Source: Candidatus Pacearchaeota archaeon (lineage in GTDB: Archaea; Nanobdellota; Nanobdellia; Pacearchaeales; UBA284). Taken from it: a DNA stretch of 32,000 nt. Shown piece by piece: positions 26,415 through 32,000 of the stretch. The notes beneath the pieces are model-generated. The model searched no databases. It saw nothing but the letters and a program-made list of their open reading frames with translations, and was not told where the DNA came from. Numbering within the stretch: position 1 is the first letter of the stretch; each line of letters starts with the position of its first letter. Made by a program: the position numbers and the translations under genes. The stretch lies in contig CP061211.1 in NCBI GenBank assembly GCA_026016245.1, forward strand, positions 450,001 to 482,000, in the 5' to 3' direction.

Positions 26415-26955
26415 ATAATTTATACCTTATTTCCTGGGTAAGTTCTTCTATAAGTTTTTTCTCAATTACTTTTTTAGGATCTGGTAGACTTTTAAGTCTT
26501 TTTTTCATATCATTAAAAGAGGTAAATGGTTTTTTCTCTCTCTCTTCTAGGATTGCTTTGGTGTATTTTTTGCCAAAACCAGGCAAAAGCTCTAGTTGAT
26601 GTAATCTTGTATTTAGCGCCTGCGCCCTGTTAAAGAATTCAACAAATTTCTTCTCCTGTTCAGAAACAATCTTTTCAACAAAATCCCTTATCTGTAATTT
26701 TGCAGTCTCTGTAAGTTTTGCTTTTGGGAGTCTACCCCTTATGAAATAAATTTTGTCCCTTCTAGAAGGGCCTATATAAACCTCTTCCTTAAGTTGAAGT
26801 TTGATTCCCTTTCTTGGGACTAATTCTAGAAGTGTGAAGTATAATGAGCCTATGGCTTGAGCTATTGGAATCCTCTTCATTTCTAGAGGATAGCCATTGG
26901 GTAAAAAATCTATTATTATGGCTTTCTCTTCTCTCATTTCTCTTGAATTCATCAT
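26404..26955 (-). CDS. DUF655 family protein (helix-hairpin-helix-containing putative RNA-binding protein)
   Basis: EKAIIIDFLPNGYP...EEVYIGPSRRDKIYFIRGRL...LHQLELLPGFGKKYTKAILEERE. Located between the rpoF and rps13 genes. Confidence 0.88.
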   Translation of the reverse strand: MMNSREMREEKAIIIDFLPNGYPLEMKRIPIAQAIGSLYFTLLELVPRKGIKLQLKEEVYIGPSRRDKIYFIRGRLPKAKLTETAKLQIRDFVEKIVSEQEKKFVEFFNRAQALNTRLHQLELLPGFGKKYTKAILEEREKKPFTSFNDMKKRLKSLPDPKKVIEKKLIEELTQEIRYKLFAA

Positions 26956-26969
26956 TTTTCTTATTTTGC

Positions 26970-27284
26970 TTATTTCTTTTGTTTAAGTACCTCAAGCACT
27001 TTTGTAATTTCATCTTGATCTAAGCTGAATTCGGATCCAGCAAAAATTTTTCTTATATCCTCTACATCTTCTGGCTCAAAATCCACTATTTTTACAATAT
27101 CCTCTTCCTTTAGCCTAAGGATATTAAGCCCTTCTAAAGCTTTTCTTAATTTTAAAGCCTCTGATGCACTAAGTTTTGTAAATTTTTTAATAAAATCTGA
27201 TATAGCTTTCGCTTTATCATTTTCTGCTTTCTTTAGCAATTCTCTTGCTTCAGCAAGAGTTATTGTTTTAGATTCTCTTATCAT
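26970..27284 (-). CDS. rpoF: DNA-directed RNA polymerase subunit F (Rpb4 homolog)
   Basis: ITLAEARELLKKAE...LSASEALKLRKALEGLNILRLKEEDIVKIVDFEPEDVEDIRKIFAG. Confidence 0.88.
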   Translation of the reverse strand: MIRESKTITLAEARELLKKAENDKAKAISDFIKKFTKLSASEALKLRKALEGLNILRLKEEDIVKIVDFEPEDVEDIRKIFAGSEFSLDQDEITKVLEVLKQKK

Positions 27285-27292
27285 TTTTCCTC

Positions 27293-27625
27293 TTAGCCTC
27301 TTAATTTCTTCAAATGAATAGGCCTTATTACTAGTTTTTTATAGACTTTGCCATTTTTAAATCTCACTATATAAGCTCTACCTCTCTTTCCCTCTATTAC
27401 TCCAGTTAAACCATGGAACTGTTTTGGAAAGCCATTTTTTTGGCTTAAATCATGGACAAGGCAAACTCTATCACCTCCCCTAAATTCCTGGAAAGCCTTG
27501 CTTAGCCTTATTTTTCCTTTCTCTCTTATTCTTTTTCTGTGTTTCATTTTTATCCTATATGATTTTTTTGCGTATTGGTCTCTGTCTTGGGCCTTTTTTC
27601 TCTTTATGTATAATTTCATTAACAA
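27293..27625 (-). CDS. rpl21e: 50S ribosomal protein L21e (eL21); start codon uncertain
   Basis: REKGKIRLSKAFQEFRGGDRVCLVHDLSQKNGFPKQFHGLTGVIEGKRGRAYIVRFKNGKVYKKLVIRPIHLKKL. The ORF extends into the upstream gene, and an internal Met at 27547 would avoid the overlap. Confidence 0.9.
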   Translation of the reverse strand: MLMKLYIKRKKAQDRDQYAKKSYRIKMKHRKRIREKGKIRLSKAFQEFRGGDRVCLVHDLSQKNGFPKQFHGLTGVIEGKRGRAYIVRFKNGKVYKKLVIRPIHLKKLRG

Positions 27626-27926
27626 GTTTGGTCATAACCTGCGCGAGAGCTCTGTAAGGATTCTTATGTGAAGATTTAGCACTCAAAACTGCCCCTGGAT
27701 TGATAAAAAGCTCTGCTTTTATCTCATGAACAAAGAGTTTATTCCTTTGATGCTGTTTTAATCTAATTTTTAACTCATCATAATCCATCCTCTCTTCAAT
27801 TTTCTTGATATAAGTATTCATTACTTTCAAAATAGAGTCTTTTTCTGTCTTGTCAAACTTGTTAAAACCAACTAGACTAACATTCTTTCCTATGACAATT
27901 GAAATTTCTTTTTCTTTTCTTGGCAT
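27555..27926 (-). CDS. Small basic protein with apparent similarity to ribosome hibernation (S30AE/HPF) domains
   Basis: IVIGKNVSLVGFNKFDKTEKDSILKVMNTYIKKIEERMD-YDELKIRLKQHQRN...HEIKAELFINPGAVLSAKSSHKNPYRALAQVMTKLVNEIIHKEKK follows an S30AE-like beta-alpha-beta-beta-beta-alpha pattern. Confidence 0.5.
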   Translation of the reverse strand: MPRKEKEISIVIGKNVSLVGFNKFDKTEKDSILKVMNTYIKKIEERMDYDELKIRLKQHQRNKLFVHEIKAELFINPGAVLSAKSSHKNPYRALAQVMTKLVNEIIHKEKKGPRQRPIRKKII

Positions 27927-28045
27927 GATTTTTTAAGGGAAAAATGTTTTAAAAGTCTTTCTGAAAAAAATAGAAAAAAGTATAAAAAAACTTAAATACT
28001 AATTAGGCCTTATATTTCAGTAGAGGTGAGGGGTAAAAAAATAAA

Positions 28046-28651
28046 ATGGTAAGAAAAGTAGATGCAATAATTCTTGCAGGTGGTTCTTTAGGCAGGGAAA
28101 GGATATATCCCAAAGCTCTTATTGAAATTGAAGGAAAATCCCTTATTCAAAGACAGATAGAATGGTTAAGGCCTTTTGTTAGGAGAATAGTGATTGCTTG
28201 CACAGAAAGAGAGGCTGAACAAATTAGGCAGTATCATCCAGGTATTGATGTTGTATTTGCAGCAACTCCTGAATTACCAGGAACTGCTGGCTCTTTAAAA
28301 CATGCCTTGAATTCTACAGAAACAGATGATGTAATTGTTGCTAATGTTGATGACATGACTGATATTGATTTAGCAGGATTAATAGATTTTGGAACAGATA
28401 CAATATGTGTAGCCAACCCAAGATTAAATTTTGCTAAAATTGAAACAGAAGGACATAACATAATAACTTTCAGGGAAAAACCACAATTAGAGAATGTTTG
28501 GGTGAATTGTGGAGTTTATTTTTTAAGCAAAGCAATTTTAGAAAAGCTTCCTGCAAAAGGAAACATCGCCAAGGATTTTTTTCCTTATGTGAAAATTAGG
28601 GCTTACAAACATTATGGAACTTGGCATACTGTAGTTGGAAGGCATGTATAA
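28046..28651 (+). CDS. Sugar-phosphate nucleotidyltransferase-like protein
   Basis: DAIILAGGSLGRERIYPKALIEIEGKSLIQRQIEWL...VIVANVDDMTDID...WVNCGVYFLSKAILEKLP; GT-A nucleotidyltransferase pattern. Confidence 0.85.
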   Translation: MVRKVDAIILAGGSLGRERIYPKALIEIEGKSLIQRQIEWLRPFVRRIVIACTEREAEQIRQYHPGIDVVFAATPELPGTAGSLKHALNSTETDDVIVANVDDMTDIDLAGLIDFGTDTICVANPRLNFAKIETEGHNIITFREKPQLENVWVNCGVYFLSKAILEKLPAKGNIAKDFFPYVKIRAYKHYGTWHTVVGRHV

Positions 28652-28654
28652 TAA

Positions 28655-29407
28655 TCATCCACGAAATAATTTCTTTAGAATATCAAGAGTATAAAGTATA
28701 GAAGCTTTTGATTGTGACTTAGTTGGATTAAACGGCCTTTTGCTCTTATGCACTGAGGCTACCCTTAAATGATTTATTAAATGAATCTGATTGCTCAATC
28801 CAGGATCAAGATTAATTTCTTTTTCCTTAAACTTCAGAACCAGGTTACCTAGACCAATATCAGGGCTTTTTTGAAGCAAATCCCTTCCAGTCAAGTCAAA
28901 ATATCTCTTGTGTAAAGCTATCTCAAGAATTCTGCCACATAAAATCAAAGCACTACGATAACATCTATGCTCATAACATTTAACAAGCTCATCAAAAGAT
29001 GCTTTTGTTTCAGAATAAATATCACGAGGAATATAAGGCAGGTAAAATTCCCCTTTAGGCAAATCACCATCTGGCACTCTCACTGATGGAACTATATCAA
29101 AAATTTCTTCTATAGATACAACAGATTCAAGAAATTTGTTGGAGTTAATCATCTTTTTTAAATCTTTAATCTTCATTGATGCCTCTGTCAAGGCCCTTTT
29201 CTCTGTAGGGGCTATAGTAAAGCTTTCATTTAATACAGCTTCTAGCCTTTTCATCGCATTTTCTATCTCTCTAGAATAATACTCTCTCTCACGACGCTTA
29301 AAATGAAACTCATCTCCAACTATTCTAGAACTAAAATCTATCCTTCTGGATAAAACATTATTGATAATATCCTTTAATTCCAGAAGCACCCCTTTTAAGC
29401 TAGCCAT
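28655..29407 (-). CDS. Hypothetical protein with a DUF4145-like C-terminal region
   Basis: KCYEHRCYRSALILCGRILEIALHKRYFDLTG...IGLGNLVLKFKEKEINLDPGLSNQIHLINHLRVASVHKSKRPFNPTKSQSKASILYTLDILKKL resembles the DUF4145 pattern. Confidence 0.55.
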   Translation of the reverse strand: MASLKGVLLELKDIINNVLSRRIDFSSRIVGDEFHFKRREREYYSREIENAMKRLEAVLNESFTIAPTEKRALTEASMKIKDLKKMINSNKFLESVVSIEEIFDIVPSVRVPDGDLPKGEFYLPYIPRDIYSETKASFDELVKCYEHRCYRSALILCGRILEIALHKRYFDLTGRDLLQKSPDIGLGNLVLKFKEKEINLDPGLSNQIHLINHLRVASVHKSKRPFNPTKSQSKASILYTLDILKKLFRG

Positions 29408-29458
29408 CTAAAAATCAAGCAAGGAAAATTTTTAAGCTTTTGTATAGTAAAATATAAT

Positions 29459-30142
29459 CTATTTGAAGTTCTTAAAAGCCTTGCTTATGCTTTCATTCCA
29501 AAATTTAGGAAGCTCATAACTAAGCATGCCCTGAAATTCATCACTCCAGACATAAAAGAATTTTTCCCCCTCTTCCTGTTTCTTAAATAAAGGCCTGATT
29601 TTTTCATACATTTTCTGCAAAGCACGCCTCTCAAATTCAGCCTGTAATAAGGATGGTTCCTTCAATAACAAAATATCAGCAAGCCTTAAAACATTAACAT
29701 CAAGCATAGCACTACTTTGAGCAATCAGAAAGAGGGTAAGATCCTTATGACGGGCAATAGCCATCAACTTGCCTAACATTTTATTAGCATCTTTCATTGA
29801 GTCTCTAGCAGAATAAACTATTGCTCCTTCATCAACAAGAACAGCAGAATGAAGAGGTATTTTATCAAGAGATTCTTCTTTCTTTATCCATCTAGGCAGC
29901 TTAGCTTTTCCAAAACCAACAGCATAACATTTTTTTCTATAAGAGTTAAGAACAGAAAGGAGAACCATACCTAAACTTGTCTTCCCACTTCCTCTTTTGC
30001 CTGTAATTAAAATGATCTGGCTATATTTAAGCACCCTATTAAAGAAGCTATCAAACTCTCCATCCTCAGCCTTAACAATAGAAAATGGCTGTATTGGCTC
30101 TATTTTTTTAGGCTTTTTTCTGAATATATCAAAGATTCCCAT
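29459..30142 (-). CDS. P-loop ATPase (Zot/FtsK-HerA-like, family uncertain)
   Basis: Walker A ILITGKRGSGKTSLG, Walker B SAVLVDEGA, sensor-like LFLIAQSS. Start at the internal Met (MGIFDIFRKKPKK) chosen over the 30184 start. Confidence 0.7.
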   Translation of the reverse strand: MGIFDIFRKKPKKIEPIQPFSIVKAEDGEFDSFFNRVLKYSQIILITGKRGSGKTSLGMVLLSVLNSYRKKCYAVGFGKAKLPRWIKKEESLDKIPLHSAVLVDEGAIVYSARDSMKDANKMLGKLMAIARHKDLTLFLIAQSSAMLDVNVLRLADILLLKEPSLLQAEFERRALQKMYEKIRPLFKKQEEGEKFFYVWSDEFQGMLSYELPKFWNESISKAFKNFK

Positions 30143-30237
30143 TAAAATCCTCTGTTTTAGGAATATAAAAGCTTTAGAAATCACTCTAAAGTGGTATCAA
30201 AAGAAAGGTTTATAAATCAGGAAAGAGTTATAATTTT

Positions 30238-31059
30238 ATGTTAACAGATAAAGCATTAGTTGAAGAAATACTGGATAAAAAGAAGTACATAAAAAAGAAA
30301 GGCTCTGATATATATGTCGTACTCGAAGAGCTCTTTGATGGGGCATTAGAAAGAGAGGCTCTGGAACATTCATTGAGAATAGAGTATCCTGTAGCAAAAG
30401 CGCTAAAGAAAGGGAATACTAAAAAATATACTAAAGAAATTAAAAGATTGAGCAAAAACCTAAAGAAAGCGTGGGAGTTTGGAAAAAAGAACTTCACGAT
30501 ACCTTTTGATAAAGATTTCTTAATAAAATTAGCTTATCAGATAGATCCTGAAGCATTTAGAACAAATGGTGGATTGATAAAAGATTATAGAAAGTTCAAT
30601 GTTAGAGTGCGTGGTTCTTGTATAAAACCTCCTTATCCAGAGAAATTAAGACTTTCTATGAAAAGGTTTTTTGATGGTTTAGATCAACTTTATGGGGAAT
30701 GTAAAAACAGAACAGCATATGTGCCTGAAAGATATTTTGATATAGGTTCTTGGATGCATTTGCATCTTGCTAGAATACATCCTTTTGAAGACACAAATGG
30801 TAGGACATCTAGAATGGCCAATAATCTTTATTTAAGAAGTTCAAATTCTTTTCCTCCTATCATAATTTATGAAGGAGAAAGGCAGGATTATGAAAATCAT
30901 ATAGAAAAAGCGTTGATAGGATTTAGAGAAAGAGATGGCAGGAAAAATTTGGCTGCAAAAAGAGATGAGCTTTCAGGAGGAGAAAGAGAATTTTATGATT
31001 ACTTGGCTGGTAAGCTTAATACCAGTCTTGACAAGGTTATTGAAAAGAAAGGCGCTTAA
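30238..31059 (+). CDS. Fic family protein
   Basis: Fic motif HPFEDTNGRTSR, preceded by YFDIGSWMHLHLARI; upstream FRTNGGLIKDYRKFNVRVRGSCIKPPYP corresponds to the Fic beta-hairpin region. Confidence 0.85.
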   Translation: MLTDKALVEEILDKKKYIKKKGSDIYVVLEELFDGALEREALEHSLRIEYPVAKALKKGNTKKYTKEIKRLSKNLKKAWEFGKKNFTIPFDKDFLIKLAYQIDPEAFRTNGGLIKDYRKFNVRVRGSCIKPPYPEKLRLSMKRFFDGLDQLYGECKNRTAYVPERYFDIGSWMHLHLARIHPFEDTNGRTSRMANNLYLRSSNSFPPIIIYEGERQDYENHIEKALIGFRERDGRKNLAAKRDELSGGEREFYDYLAGKLNTSLDKVIEKKGA

Positions 31060-31095
31060 GAAAAGAATTTTAAATTCCTTTTTCTTTGTTTTATT

Positions 31096-31761
31096 ATGAT
31101 TGATTTTGATGAATTAATTGATGAGCATATAAAAAGAGAGTATAAGCCGAAAGGTATAGGAAGATATTATCCTTCTGAGGCTGGTAGCTGTTTAAGAAAG
31201 GTGTGGTATTCTTATAAATATCCTACAGAAATAGCTCCTGAATTGAGAAAGATTTTTGAAATGGGCAATATAATACATGATTTTATTGTTCAAGTCTTAA
31301 AGTCAGAAAAGACACCACAAGTCGAGCTTCTTAAATCAGAATTTCCTTTCAAAGAGCAAATTGAAGATTTCACAATATCAGGAAGAATTGACAATCTTAT
31401 CAAAGTTAAAATTAGCGGCAAAATCTATCTTGTAGAAATAAAAAGTAGTGCAGGCATAAGGTTTGTTAAAGAAGCTTCCCCACACAATGTCCAACAACTT
31501 CAATTATACATGCATTTTATTGGAGTTCATAACGGTCTTTTAGTCTATATTGACAAATCCACACTAAAAACAAAAGTTTTTGAAATTAATTATGACAAAG
31601 AAAAAGCCCAAAAAATCCTAGAGAGATTCAAACTTCTTCATAAATTATTAACAACAAACACACTACCAGAACCAGAGGCAAGAAAACATGAGAAAACTAA
31701 GTGGATGTGTAGGTATTGTGAATATAAAGATAGGTGTCATAAAGACACCTCAAGAATATAA
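31096..31761 (+). CDS. PD-(D/E)XK nuclease, Cas4-like/RecB family
   Basis: GSCLRKVWYSY (N-terminal Cys), ISGRIDNLIKV...YLVEIKSSAG (D...EIK), QQLQLYM (QxxxY), C-terminal MCRYCEYKDRC (Fe-S cysteines). Confidence 0.82.
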   Translation: MIDFDELIDEHIKREYKPKGIGRYYPSEAGSCLRKVWYSYKYPTEIAPELRKIFEMGNIIHDFIVQVLKSEKTPQVELLKSEFPFKEQIEDFTISGRIDNLIKVKISGKIYLVEIKSSAGIRFVKEASPHNVQQLQLYMHFIGVHNGLLVYIDKSTLKTKVFEINYDKEKAQKILERFKLLHKLLTTNTLPEPEARKHEKTKWMCRYCEYKDRCHKDTSRI

Positions 31762-31815
31762 AAATTATTTCTTGACTGCTAAAAAATATTTAAACCTTTC
31801 CCAATAATTAATAAT

Positions 31816-32000
31816 ATGAAACAAAAGCTATTAAGCAAATCTTTCTTCAACAAAGATACAGTAAAAACTGCAAAAGCTCTGCTTGGGAAAATAATCAAAT
31901 ATAAGAATACATCTGGAATAATAATAGAAACAGAAGCTTACAAAGGAAAAGAAGATGGTGATGAGGCAAGCCATGCATTCAAAAAAACAGAAAGAAGCGA
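31816..32000 (+). CDS. AAG/MPG-type 3-methyladenine DNA glycosylase, N-terminal part (3' truncated by the window edge)
   Basis: MKQKLLSKSFFNKDTVKTAKALLGKIIKYKNTSGIIIETEAYKGKEDGDEASHAFKKTERS matches the AAG family ETEAYxGxxDxASHAxxxxTxR pattern. Confidence 0.85.
   Translation, partial: MKQKLLSKSFFNKDTVKTAKALLGKIIKYKNTSGIIIETEAYKGKEDGDEASHAFKKTERS

Noticed and set aside
31096-31761. Presence of a CRISPR-Cas system suggested by the Cas4-like gene
   Set aside because: No repeat-spacer array and no cas1, cas2 or effector gene was seen in the window; kept only as an orphan nuclease.

Overview
AT-rich archaeal chromosomal window. The gene content, small genes, intron-bearing tRNA and archaeal/eukaryotic-type ribosomal and RNA polymerase genes suggest a DPANN-like lineage; that assignment is inference. 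From left to right: (1) the secY 3' end, a DUF106/EMC3-like insertase and prefoldin alpha, with a convergent eIF2B/ribose-1,5-bisphosphate-isomerase-like gene; (2) a protein N-glycosylation and surface-glycan locus at about 2.6-16.3 kb: SpoIIM-like protein, flippase, AglB/STT3, GlcNAc-1-P-transferase-like enzyme, DUF354, GT4, methyltransferase, GT2 with an in-frame TAG, methyltransferase, B12-binding radical SAM protein, second flippase. This locus carries several small gene remnants; (3) secD/secF; (4) an intron-containing tRNA-Gly(UCC); (5) a coiled-coil protein plus VIT/CCC1-like membrane protein; (6) tRNA-Arg(CCU), tRNA-Leu(CAA), a candidate unassigned structured RNA, 5S rRNA and the RNase P protein Rpp21-like gene; (7) a long leftward ribosomal protein/RNA polymerase operon containing an unusual tRNA-Leu(AAG) and headed by a small protein resembling a ribosome hibernation (S30AE) domain; (8) an accessory-looking cluster of a nucleotidyltransferase, a DUF4145-like protein, a small P-loop ATPase, a Fic protein, an orphan Cas4-like nuclease and the start of an AAG/MPG-type DNA glycosylase. 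No CRISPR array or transposon was seen. The strongest leads are the three-way-junction RNA with two UUCG tetraloops, the A34 tRNA-Leu, the S30AE-like protein, the decaying glycosyltransferase remnants, and the ATPase/DUF4145/Fic/Cas4-like gene group. I found no clearly complete, demonstrably new system.
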